64,000 bases of DNA from Octopus sinensis (lineage: Eukaryota), in assembly GCF_006345805.1 (NCBI RefSeq), contig NC_043008.1, positions 34,348,001 to 34,412,000 of the forward strand. Reading direction: 5' to 3'. Below, piece after piece: positions 13,241 to 25,810 of this stretch. Numbering within the stretch: the first letter of the stretch is position 1; each line of letters begins with the position of its first letter. The position numbers and the translations under genes are program-made. The notes beneath the pieces are model-generated. The model was not told where the DNA came from. It saw nothing but the letters and a program-made list of their open reading frames with translations, and made no database searches.

Positions 13241-15106
13241 ATTATAATTATTATCATTATTATCATTATTATTATTTATGTTCTGGTTTCAAATGCCACC
13301 GGAGTCAACTTTGCCTTTCATCCTTTGTAGATTAATAAAATAAGTACCAGTTATGCACTGGGTTGATGTAGTTGACTAGCTCTCTCCCAAAAATTGTGGA
13401 AACTTACATGAGCAGTGGGCTATGCTCTTCAACAAGAAATAATACTTTCCTGCAATAGCTTTACTGGGCACCCTATTCTCACCCACCCACTTTTTTATCA
13501 TTATCATCATCATCATCATCTTCATCATAATCATTAAGGTGGTGAGCAGGCAGAATCATTAGCATGTCGGGCAAAATGCTTAGCAGCATTTAATCCATCT
13601 TTACATTTTGAGTTCAAATTCCGCCAGAGTCAACTTTGCCTTTAATCCTTTGTAGATCAATAAATTAAGTACTAATGAAACAATGGGATCAATGTAGTGG
13701 CAAAATTTGAAATCATTATTATTATTATTATTATTATTATTCTCATGCTATTAACTCAGGAAGGAGGAAGGCAACATCAATTCCCCCGAATTTAATCCTA
13801 GAAATAAAAAAGTATTTTAATTCTGAACTTTAGCCCCACCAGAGTTTGAACTAATGATGTAAAAAGATGTAACTATACACCATGTGGCATGTTGTATATC
13901 ACTCTACCAATTTTTCAAATTCAATACTCTTGTAACAAGTATATTAAATATTGGAGGCTTGGAGTATAGAAAGCTGACTAGGCTGAGTTTTGCCAACTTG
14001 CTACAACACATTACCCTCTCTATCATCATAAGGATGATTGTGAGAAAGAATTATTTAAATGCAACAGTGTCAAAAGTAATGGGATCTACATAGTTCTATA
14101 TTCAGAGATAGGCTAACATTTCAGGTCAGCAAGTCTTGATCTTCAGATAACTATCTCTGGTATTTTAATACAAAAGTATTTAAATTTAAAGTACATGGAC
14201 TCTTTGTTGTTTTTTTTCAGTAACTTCTTGCAGTGACATAATGTCTCTCCTTTCTTTGTTCTGGCATAATCTTATCACTTCGCCCAAATTTATCTCTCCT
14301 CTGATTTGTTCTCATACATTGACTAATGATTCCAAACAGCTCACACCATCCACTCCTCTCATGATTTGAAAACTTTGCAGAACACCAACTCTCTGCTTCT
14401 CTCATGCCAAGATATTCTTTAAATATAACATTTTTTCTTCTCAAATCCTCTACATATAGTTCCCAACAACTTTATTTCTTTCATTCCATTCAACCCTTTC
14501 ACTTATCCATTATAGCTTTATCTTGTCATCATCGTTTTTACATTCTCTTTTTCCATGCCGTCATGGATTGGATGTGACTTAGTTAGTTTTCTATAGCTGT
14601 GTGCCTTTCCTAAAGCCAATCTTTGTTTTTCAAGTAACATATGATTTATTCCACTGTTCAATATATGTCAAAACTGATGAAACTATAAGGTGCATTGTAA
14701 ACAAGCATTGCCACTTTTGCTCAAACAATGAGATTCTGAAAACATGAAAATAAGCACACACACATACAAAATTATGTCTGCCAAATTTCATCTACAAAGC
14801 ATTGGTCAGTATGAGACTATAGTACAAGACATTTTTCAGACAATAGAAATGAATTTAAAACCTCATACCCACCACACACACACATTGCAAAACTCTGTTA
14901 GCTGCTCCAGCTATAAACCTAATCAGTGGATAGGAGATGATTTCATATGATTAACGATCAGTTCACTGTCAGAAGATTACCCAATCTGTCAATGCAAATA
15001 AACAATAGCAAGCAGATGATTGAGATACTGAGTTATCAATTCTCAGAGCAAGGGTCCTGGTCAGTATGCTTGCAACCAAGCTAAAAGCAACTAAGAGCCA
15101 GGTGGT

Positions 15107-15500
15107 TACTCTTTTACTTGTTTCAGTCATTTGACTGCGGCCATGCTGGAGCACCACCTTTAATCGAGCAACTCGACCCCGGGACTTATTCTTTGTAAGC
15201 CCAGTACTTATTCTATCGGGATCTTTTTGCCGAACCGCTAAGTGACGGGGACATAAACACACCAGCATCAGTTGTCAAGCAATGCTAGGGGGACAAACAC
15301 ACATACATACACATACATATATATATATACATATATACGATGGGCTTCTTTCAGTTTCCGTCTACCAAATCCACTCACAAGGCTTTGGTCGGCCCGAGGC
15401 TATAGAAGAAGACACTTGCCCAAGGTGCCACGCAGTGGGACTGAACCCGGAACCATGTGGTTGGTAAACAAGCTACTTACCACACAGCCACTCCTACGCC
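15107..15500 (-). mobile_element. SINE family A, full length (tRNA-like head, CORE-like GCACCTTGGGCAAGTG, internal TA/CA microsatellite, AAAAGAGT tail)
   Basis: A/B-box-like TGGCTGTGTGG and GGTTCAGTCCC. Further minus copies at ~1862-2217, 4676-5110, 8245-8648, 20070-20452, 22380-22745, 31420-31800, 47195-47510, 54265-54602, 55135-55487. Confidence 0.9.
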
Positions 15501-15613
15501 TAGGTTAGGGTATGAAACTGAATGACAGATTAAGTCTGCTTCCCATTGAAGAAAAAAGAATTATTTTTTAAAAATGAAGAAATTCGGAAACAAAACTAAG
15601 TTTAAAAACTAAC

Positions 15614-15806
15614 CTTTTTCTAGATACTGCTCCAAACCTCTCCGCCGGGCATCAAGTTGTTGATCAGACAATGTGAAAAGTTTTTTACCAGGAAGTTTGG
15701 GGAAATTGAAATCTGTAAATTCTCTTTTCAACTGACTGTGTAAGCAATCAAACTCTCGATACCTCCGTGAACACAAATGACGCCCAGCCATATAAATGTT
15801 AAATAC
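15614..15806 (-). CDS. SNX27: SNX27 internal exon, PX domain core
   Basis: 193 nt, acceptor tttcag, donor gttag. [64 protein letters not shown], with the PX RRYREF and RRRGLE motifs. Confidence 0.97.
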
Positions 15807-15853
15807 CTGAAATTATATGAGCACACATTATATGTTAAATGTAAATCTCATTT

Positions 15854-15856
<3 letters not shown>

Positions 15857-15908
<52 letters not shown>

Positions 15909-15980
15909 GCATATATGCAATATTGTGCATATGTGTGTGTGTGTGTGAGTGTAAGTGTGTGTGTGCGTGCATGCATGCAT
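15857..15980. repeat. Compound (TA)n/(CA)n/(TG)n microsatellite 50 bp upstream of the PX exon acceptor
   Basis: Directly visible. Similar tracts at 4893-4950, 38735-38850, 40460-40560, 40813-40862, 62350-62410; (ATT)n at 10573-10620. Confidence 0.95.
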
Positions 15981-16249
15981 GAATGATTGCAAGTGTATAC
16001 ATATGATGAGCTGGATGTAGTTTATAACTGCTTGTTGAAACCATTTTTGAAATGAGAACCTGTTGTTAATAATATATATATATATGATAGAGAGAGGGGG
16101 GGAGACAGTGAAGAACCATGTGTGGAAAAAACTATGATGTTCCTTACACCACAGTTAAATGATTCTGCCGACGTAGGCTGACACTTCAGTTGGCCCTTCA
16201 ATGTTTCATATGTGTAAATTAATCCCTCATTCTCAGTATAAACAGCCCT

Positions 16250-16470
16250 GTACGGACATATGATGCTCATGAAATGGACAGTTGATTGCAAAAGTGACAA
16301 ATGATCCATGTTGAAGGAATCTGCAGAGGAGGAAGACCAGAGAAGACATGGGGGAAAGTGGTAAAGGCTGATCTTAAAATGACTAAATGGCTACAACAAG
16401 TGTTAAAGAAACACCTGCCCAACCACCCATGCAAGCATGGAAAAATGGATGGCAGAACAGTGATGATGAT
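16250..16470 (+). mobile_element. RTE-like LINE 3' fragment
   Basis: YGHMM...VEGICRGGRPEKTWGKVVKADL followed by tail ACCCATGCAAGCATGGAAAA...GATGATGAT. Confidence 0.65.
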
Positions 16471-17971
16471 AAAATGCTGGGTCGTCTTCGAATACCACAT
16501 TCTACATCTCAAGTTTTAAATTAACTGTCAAGACATTCAGTGTAAATGGTAGTAAACAAAACAAGCACTAATTTGAGACAAAAAGGAATAATAAGCCAAC
16601 TAATGTCAGTAGGTGTGTTGCTCTGTTTCAGTTTTAAATCGATGCTTAAAATGTCTACATACCAATTTGAATGGTATCTTTGAAATAGAGAGAAAGAGCA
16701 AAAAAAATTTAGAGTAAAGAAATGTAGAAATATCAATTAGATGTTGTTAGAGACGCCATTGGATATATGACAGGAAAATTACTGGAAAATTATGTTTCAA
16801 CAAGAAATATACTTGAAACTTAATTCAACAATAATAATTTTATACAGAATGATTTTCCATTATATTCTAAAAATGATTGAAAATTTTTTTTAATCAAATC
16901 AACACCTATTTTGTTTTTTAGTTACTTTTTTTTTAACTCCACCACAGATTTAATGGTCAGAAATAAGGAATAGTGCTATTGATTCTTTTTCCGAAGTTAC
17001 ATTTACAGAATAAGGTGCTTTGAGAATTCAACATCATACCATATAGCACATTTTCTTCCCATCAAAATGCATTGGGCATGTTGAAGTACCCATCACATAC
17101 CCATTAAACATTTCACTGTGAAATTAATTCTCAAGATCATTCCCATAATGATGTCAAATACCTACTAAAAAATAGAATTGATATATTCTGCTAGTCACAC
17201 TGCTTCAAAAAACTTAACACATCTCACCAAAATTAGTTTCAAACATGACAATCCTAAACAAGAGAGAGGTTGGTATATCAATTTGATTTCCACGGTAAAA
17301 TGGTTAAACATAATATGTGTAGTAGTGATCCATCATTATGCCTTTCAAGGCTAATAACACATGAGGTTGCTGCTCCTTACAAGAATACAATGGCCATTAT
17401 TTTTATACTTTCATCTGCTCTTAATGCACAAGCAACACTACAAAAATACATTTGGGGTTTTAAACCATAGTCTTTTGATTTGAAGAAGCCGGAGAGACAA
17501 CAGCATCAGGTGGTTAAACTGATTCCAGAAATTAGCTAGTTTCTTTTATTCCTCAACCCCAGAAAGGTAAAAAGCAAAACTGACCATGATGAGATCTGAA
17601 TTTAGAACATCAAAAGGTGAGAGCTAAAATACTCTAACATATTGTCATTTCCATCACAATATAGAACAATGTTTTACTTAAATATGTAAACATAAATCTA
17701 TAATGTGGGGTGTTGTGATGGTTAAGATTTTGTCAAGTGTATTAACGTTATAAGTTACACCATCTTAAGATCAAGACCAAGCGGCATCTACAGTTTGCTG
17801 TAAAATTAACACCAAACCAAAATATTCCCTGCAATATATATGGTTTCTAACAGAGAGTGCAGATACAGACATGTGGTTAAGAAGTTTGCTTCAAAACCAT
17901 GTTGCTTCAAATTTGATTCTACTGTTATTTCAAGGGTGTCAAGCAACTACAAACATTTTTGTAAGTTTGAG

Positions 17972-18338
17972 TGATTTGACTGAGATTTAGCTACTATTTC
18001 TAACAAGTTGAGCAACCAACATAAAGGCTCTTCCATTAGTTCATGTAATTTGAAAGAGCTCTGGCTGTAATTTCCAATAGGTCACATGACCATGAAGAGG
18101 TTCTCTTACTGGTTCATGTAACTTGATGGACATTTAGCTATCATTTCAAGCTGATCAGGCAACCACACAAAGGCTCTTTCAGTGATCTGTGTGATTTAAG
18201 AGAGATTCAGCTGCTATTTCTACAAGGTCAAGTGATTACGCAGAGGCTCCCTTTGTTAGCTAGTGTGATATGAGGAAACTTTGGCTGCTGTTTGTTGTGG
18301 GCAAAAGTAAACTGCATAGAGACTCCTTCATTAGCTCA
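17972..18338. repeat. Diverged tandem array, 5 x ~73 bp, derived from family G
   Basis: Units start ~17972, 18044, 18117, 18190, 18264, each GTGATTTGA..GAGATTT.GCT.CTATTTC...AGAGGCTC. Confidence 0.75.
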
Positions 18339-18924
18339 TGTCATATTAAGGTAATCTTTTATAGAGCATAGCTATGTGATCAAAAGCTTGCCTCCTATCC
18401 ACATGGTTGCAGGTTCAGTCCCACTGTTGGCACCTTGGGTAAATGTCTTCTACTATAGTCCAGTCCCATGCCAACTAAACCTTTGTGAGTGAATTTGGTA
18501 GAAGGAAACTGAAAGAAGTCCATTGTGTGTGTCCATGCATATGTGCATTTGTGGTTGTCTCATATCACTTGACATGTATTGGTTTGTTTATATTCCTGTA
18601 ACTTAGCAGTTTGGTAAAAAAACAAAAAAAAGGCTGACAGAATAAGTACCAGAGTTAAAATAAAAGGAAGTACTGGGGTTGATTTGTTCAGCTAAAACAC
18701 TACAAAGTGGTGCCCCAGCAGGGCCACAGTCCAATGACTCAAACAATTTAAAAGATAGCATATCCTCAGCCAAGATTAAAATCAAGAATATAATCCTTAG
18801 TAGGATACATCATCAAATTCACTCATCAAACTATATAAGACAATTTAACAAATTTTTCTGCAAACTTCTAATAATCCATGGCTATTTACTGACTCTTATT
18901 TCAGAAAACCTTTCTAAGCTTTAA

Positions 18925-19248
18925 CCCTTTGAAACTATCCTGCAGTGTTATTATGAAAATAAGCAAATGCATCATTAAAAAACCTCAAGTTACTAGATAA
19001 TGTATAGTTAATTCAAAACAATGTGAATAAATAAGTATTATATTTGAGAGAACAATATGAAGACTATTTTGTTTCAACTGACTTCAAAAAATAATAATAT
19101 AGTTAAGTAACTCTGTTATTATAAAACAGATGTTTGGAACATAAATTAATGTGAAATTTTAATGGAAAATTTGAATTTCGATAATTTTAGAATAGGAAGT
19201 TTGTACCAGAGAACCAGAGGGATCTTGGGTCGGTTTAGTTGAAAAGGG
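18925..19248. mobile_element. piggyBac-type MITE
   Basis: TTAA-CCCTTT...AAAGGG-TTAA ends. Related degenerate copies at ~22150-22345 and ~48785-49051. Confidence 0.7.
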
Positions 19249-19255
19249 TTAATAG

Positions 19256-19470
19256 CTGTTCAAGAATTTGGACCTGGAGATCTCCATTTCCAGCGACTTC
19301 GAGGGCCACCTCCCAGTGGTGTCGGGCGTCAACAAAGAGTCCTCGACTACAAGACAACCAAAATTTTGGGTTTTTTTTCCCCAAGATCTAGGGTCTCCCA
19401 CTCCTACGCCCTAGACCATCACCTAATCACCCTTAACCGTCTTGTTGCTTAACAACAACAACAACAACAA
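19256..19470 (+). mobile_element. Young retroposed 3' fragment with (AAC)n tail
   Basis: 14-bp TSD AAAAGGGTTAATAG (19242-19255, 19471-19484); CpG-rich body; TCTAGGG/CCCTAGA hairpin. Confidence 0.8.
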
Positions 19471-20999
19471 AAAAGGGTTAATAGAAGATTTTTCAATGTA
19501 TTTATTAAATTTCATTTCTCACAGTAAAGCAAATATCCCTCCTATCTGTTAATTATGTAAAGTAAATACTAAACATTCATAGTGAATACTTTAAAAGTTT
19601 AATATCCACACGGTACTTGAATGTGAATATTGATGTCTGTGCATTCATCCAGTCATTTGAGTAGTTTGCATGTTGGTGTATTCACACACTATATTCACAT
19701 TTACATGACTTTTCTTTTGCTTTAAAACTTCTGAATTAATTCAACCTCTCAATCAGAGTTGCTTGCTGACTCAGTCAGTTTCTAAATAGATCTAGTGTAT
19801 ATTAAAATAATACAGATAATAAAAACAGCCCCTAGCTTAGCACAGTATTTCTCATAGGGTGTCAGGATCAGGTTACCTCCTGAAGTGAATTTGTGAGGAC
19901 TGACAAAGGAGGGGGGTCATAAACTGCTATGTTTAACTTTCTTTACTTTGGAAATCAGATATAGCCACTGAAAATTTCATTACTCTTAACAGTGGAAAGC
20001 AATTTTATATACTAATCTATCTTTTGTTGAGGAATGTCATGTTTGAAACTACTTTTCGCTGAGATGTTCTTTTATTCTTTCACTTGTTTCAGTCATTTGA
20101 CTGTGGTGATGCTGGAGCACCACCTTTAGGTGAGCAAATCAACCTGACGACTTATGTTTTGTAAGCCCAGTACTTATTCTATCAGTCACTTTTGCCGAAC
20201 TGCTAAGTTATGGGAATGTAAACACACCAGCATCGGTTGTCTAGCGATGCTGAGGGGACAAACACACACACACAAACATATATATATATATACGACGGGC
20301 TTCTTTCAGTTTCTGTCTACTAAATCCACTCACAAGGCTTTGGTCAGCCCAAGGCTAATAGTAGAAGACACTTGCCCGAGGTGCCACGCAGTGGGACTGA
20401 ACCCGGAACCATGTGATTGGTAAGCAAGCTACTTATCACAAAGCCACTCCTGTGTCAATGTCAAGTTTATTGAGGCAACCTTGAGTTGCAGAAAATACCA
20501 ATTCTATTGTTTGGGTAAGTATTTAACATCATTACTGAAATAATCATGGAATTTAATTTTGCAGTTGAAGGATTAAATGGATTTATGGATTTCGCTAACT
20601 GTAATCCTGAACAATTAAGTGGCCGGTGGTTTTTAACCATTGAAATAAACATAACTGCCATGACAGCTCATTCACTTTGATCTGCAAGCAAGAAACCCAC
20701 CAACTGTTGCCATTCTAAACTTCAAACTGCATCTAGCCATTACATTATGCAAAAATTCAGCTGATCTTTGAAACCTGCTGCCAGTTCAGGGATACTGGAT
20801 TTGCTACAACAGGCCATTCCCTATGATCTGCAAGAACAACACCAACACACCTACACATACTATGTTACATCTTACTGCTACATCCTTACTGTGTTACCCC
20901 ACATTGCTTGTTTGTCACTGGCTTTATGGATGTATAATAGATAAATATGATATATTCCTATGTACTAATTCTGCAAGCAGAAAGCAATATATTTGTCAA

Positions 21000-22140
21000 A
21001 AGAGCAGTAGTTTGCAGCATATTAATCAGTAGAATCTGTATTTCGTTCAAGCATTCTATTTGAACATGAAGCAAGCAGTAATCTCGCCATTCTTTGATTG
21101 CAATTTTCTGTTCAGAAAAATATTTTGTTTTTGTAAGCTACACCAAGTGAATTTCTCCAGCTTTTGCTAACTTTCCTTTCAACTAACAGCTTCTTTGTGA
21201 GTACAGTTGCCACAATATGCACTGGCTAACATTACAGGAAAGCACATTGAATGATGTTTCATTGTCAAACAGCTTGCAACGGAACAAATTTTGCAAGCAT
21301 ATTGAATTATTTTCTGATAGGTTTTAAAATTGAAGGAAATAAGCCATGATTTATATATGTCACTATGGAAACTATTATGGGATAATGAATTCCTTAAAAC
21401 CAATCCAACAAATGCTGGATTATCATTTGAATTATGTAATACAGCAGGGGCTGCTAATAAAAAGTTACTGTTGTATAAGGAACTTTCTAAAGATGGAAAG
21501 AAATAATTCTTTCATCACAGAAAAAAGAAAAATCAGATTTAGTCAATTTTCTGACTGAAGAGAGACATTTGTGATAAATTTATCTCACTGAATTCTTTAG
21601 CAAGTCAATAATCTCAGCTTGTCCCTTCAGGGAAAGCATTTAAATATGTTTCTGCAAAATGGAAAAATAGTGCATTTTGTGAGAAACTGAGGAATTGGTG
21701 CCAATAGTTCAATTGGCAAGGAATTATGTTTCACTGATATCCCTTCAAACTTTTTTCAGAAGCCACAGAAATTGCAGAGGCTGCCAGGAATACCTTTCTA
21801 GAACTTCCTGGAAAAGTGTGTGGTTCTCTGAGATACCATATAAGAAGTACAGTTGGGTAGTGAATCCATTTGCATGTGTTATTGAAGAATCATCACAAGA
21901 ATTAGAAAAGAAAGATGATGATGAAATTATTGATATGAAAACTGTAAGTACTTTGGAAATTCTGTTTCAGCCTTTTAATTTTCAAAACTTTAGGTGTGAA
22001 TTTATATCCACTTAACAGCAGCCCCTAAGTTGCTCTAAGAAGTCAATATAAATCCTAATTTTATTTGGCTCAAAATGTGTGTATGAAGCAACAAGTTTTT
22101 CTAATTGAACAAGTATAAAAATGAGATACAGAAGTACCTT
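21000..22140 (+). pseudogene. Decayed hAT (Charlie/Buster-like) transposase relic
   Basis: Frame-broken motifs ILFCKL, LSLSLQG, WVVNPF and LILFGSKCVYEA..FS...IK.RYRST (hAT dimerisation region). Boundaries approximate. Confidence 0.6.
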
Positions 22141-24764
22141 TTGGTAGCCTATTTCTATTAAAATATACTGCTTTTATTTCAATTAAATGTGAAAATACTG
22201 AAGAATTAAGCAAAATAACTTAGCTATTATTAAGCTGAAATTTGGAACATAAATTGTCATGAAAAGCATTATTTAAATGGTTTTAAAACAGGGAGTTTTT
22301 GTCACAGAACTAGAGATGGTCTCCAGTGGTTTGGTATCAAAAGAGCTGGAAGTAGGTGACACGTAACTTGTTTTGACAAATTCTTTTATTCGTTTCAGTC
22401 ATTTGACTGCAGCCATACTGGAGCACTGCCTTGAGGGGTTTTAGTTGAATAAATCATCTCCAGAACTTACTTTTTAAGCCTGGTATTTATTCTATCAGTC
22501 TCTTTTGCCAAACCATTAAGTTACGGGGATGTAAACACACCAACACCAATTGTCAAGCAGTGATGGAGGGACAAACACAGACATAAAGATGGGTTTCTTT
22601 CAGTTTCCATCCAATAAATCTACTCATGAGGCTTTGGTCAGCTTGAGGCTATAGTAGAAGACACTTGCCCAAGGTGCTATGTTATGGGACTGAACCTGGA
22701 ACCATGTGGTTAGGAGGCAAGCTTTTTACCACACAGCTAAGCTTCACCTAAGAATCAATAACATCATAGATTTTATAACTGGGGGTAATTTTACTTTTGG
22801 TTAAATTATGTATATTGTACTTTCCACTTTTTAAACTTATCCAAAATCATGGCAATGAAAATATTCAAAAAGAGCTAATTTGTCAAGAATAGGCACTAAA
22901 AAGATGCTAAAAAATTTAAAATGAACAGTTGAAACTAATAAAAGAGCTAAATATAAAACTATACTTTTAACATTAACTTACAAAATATAAATGTCATAAA
23001 TATTTTTATGAATATTTTCCAAATGTATGTACATGCATTATAAAACTGAAATATTCATTCATGAATTGACATGAAATTATAAAAAACAAAAAAAAAAATT
23101 AATAAAAGTGAATCTTGTTTATATTTTTCAATCATGGATATTATGTTCATCTTTCATGAATTATTTACATTTCTGAATACACAATATACACAATACAAAA
23201 GACTTTTCAATAGGTATAACTAAAATTTTAGTGGCTCCACCTCACTTTGTTTCCTCATAAATTTCTTAATAATGCATACTTTTTTAACAAAAATTTGCAG
23301 AGATATGCTTTCAAAAATACAGATTATGATTATGTTGATGGAATTTATTTAAAAAATAGTTTTATTTTTATCAGAAAAGTTTGTATCTTTCTTTAACAAT
23401 TCAAAAAAAATTTCCTGATGATCACTGAACAGTAGGTGTGTCTATGTAGTAAGTAGTTTGTTTCCCAACCACATGATCAAGGTTCAATCCCACTGTGTGA
23501 CTCATTGGGCAAGTGTCTTCTAATATAGCCCCGGGCTAACCAAAGCCTTGTGAGAGGATTTGCGAGATGGAAACTGAAAGAAGCTTGTCATGTAATTGTG
23601 TGTGTGATCTTTATAAATCAGCGTCACTCCCACACAGAAGGAGCCATTCATTTCCAATATGATTCAATATGGTAATGTCCAAGAGGGGTGGGGAGATGAT
23701 GATGACGACAATGATGATGACGATACTGATGAATATCAATGATAACAAAGACATGATGATGATGACGATGATGATCCAGAAAATTAGATAATACAAAAAC
23801 GTAATTGTGTATTTGTTGCCAAAGAAATAAATTGTCAGAAGTTCCTTGAATTGCTCTGTATTACCATTTGGTAATCAATCACATACTTTCAATCTTTGTT
23901 GTTTGTTTGTTGGGGTTTTTTTTCTAAAAACATTTCAATTACAAATAAACCATGAGATTATTTCCCTACATTTAATTATAAAGTATTACATATTGCCATT
24001 AAAAAGCAAATACATAAATATATTTTCTTTAACTTATGCCATATCTTTGGAGGGTCATTATGCCAATAATAGACACATGCACTGATTCTATTTCACTTCT
24101 ACTATTATTAGTTAATTAGCTAACCAATTAACTAATTAACTAATTGACTGTCTGATTGACAGTTTGGTCAGTCAATCAATCAACTAGGATTGACAGAGTC
24201 TTTCTGTCACTCTCTGCATCCTCATCAATGACATGCCCTCTCTTTTTCAGATCTGCTGCAGGTCTATCTTATCTCCTAGTTTACAGATTCTAAATTTATA
24301 TTTATGGGCATGAGAAAGAGAGAGAGAGAGTGTGTGTGTGTGTGCACACTTTTGTGGAATGATATGAATTCTGTATGATGTATATATTTGCATGTATGTG
24401 TATGTGTGTATGTCTGTGTTTGCATGTACCCTGTCTAGGTATCACATAACGGCTGCAAATGAATATTGCCATTGTACAAATGATGTTCATTTCCAGTCTT
24501 CCATGAAAAACATGGCTGGCCATGGGAAATATTATCCTTCTTGGAAACAGGTGAGGGCTGGCATCAAGAAAGGCATCCAACTGTAAAAAAACTGCCTCAT
24601 CAATTTCCGTCTGATAAGAGTACACGTGTGTGTGTGTATGTATGCGCATGCACACCTGTGTATGTATATAATGCGCATACTGCAAGAGGTACCCTACAGT
24701 ATCAGAAATTCTCCTAAGCCTGCAGCTAGTTTGACAAAGTGAAACTAGTATGGCAGCACATTAA

Positions 24765-25810
24765 CCCTTTCGTTACTATATTTCTGACCAAAATACACCC
24801 CTTATGTGTTTCAATTAATTTCTAACGTAATCATAAATTTAGTCTGGTTTCATTAAACAACTATAACTTTTTTATTTATCAATAAATTAACGTGAATTTT
24901 GGAAGATAATTTAATGAAATGTTCTCAACCAATTCTATACTATAATTTTTGTCACAAAGTGACTCTAATTGCAGGTATATACAGGTAAATTCAACAAAAT
25001 ATAAAATTATTAAAATTTTGTTCAAACATCGCTAATATTCAATTGGGTATACAACAAAATTTTATGATAGAATTTGTTATTCTGGGTAACTTTCTGATAC
25101 CCATAATAATATTTATGGCAAAATAGTCTTAATTTCATTTAAGGTTATGGGAAACCACTTTCTTTCGTTTTGTTTACATTTAGCGTAACGGTTCGTTTTC
25201 GCCATAATGATTTCAAATAGGCTTATTCGAAAAAGTAAAAAGAAATAGTCTAAGGCTTTACTCTTCTGGGAAAGTCCGTGGCTTGGTCCAGTTTCTTCAG
25301 AAAAATCACCGAAAGAAACAGTTTTTAAATTTTCACTCCATTCAGGTGCCAATTCATTTTCTTTATTGCTGTCGGAGCTCTCGGATTCACTGTTTTCACT
25401 TTCGGAAAATGAAACATCAGATTCATTATCAAATACCACATGCTTTTTTTTTTCAGTCATAGAGTTAGATTTATGAAGGTCTTCAGTAGAAAATCCTTCG
25501 AATTCTGACTCGCTGCTTGATATAATGAAATTCGTATCCATTTTTTGTCAGAATTACAAATTTTGAAAACACAATAGGAACAAATTTCGGAAAAAAATCT
25601 CCCAAAATTCACGGAATTAAAATTACACTTCGATTTTTGTACAAAACTGTAGATGAACTGTTTACGAAGTATAATACGTGTTTTCACGAATGTACTAAAA
25701 AGATTTGCTCTGATATTCTCATTTAAATATGAATAGGTAAATTCGGGCAGTTTTGGGCGGCTTGGTCACATTAACCAAAATTTTTTTCGGGCGGTTTGGT
25801 AATGAAAGGG
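24765..25810 (-). mobile_element. Internally deleted piggyBac transposon
   Basis: TTAA at 24761-24764 and 25811-25814; TIRs CCCTTTCGTTACT / GGTAATGAAAGGG; carries the transposase N-terminus. Confidence 0.88.
25113..25541 (-). pseudogene. Truncated piggyBac (PGBD4-like) transposase N-terminus
   Basis: Acidic Ser-rich N-terminus followed by F..ETGP...LDYFFLLF...I...TNRYA...W.PITLNEIK, typical of piggyBac transposases; ends before the DDD domain. Confidence 0.8.

Noticed and set aside
17972-18338. CRISPR-like periodicity
   Set aside because: Eukaryotic context; units are wholly homologous with no unique spacers.
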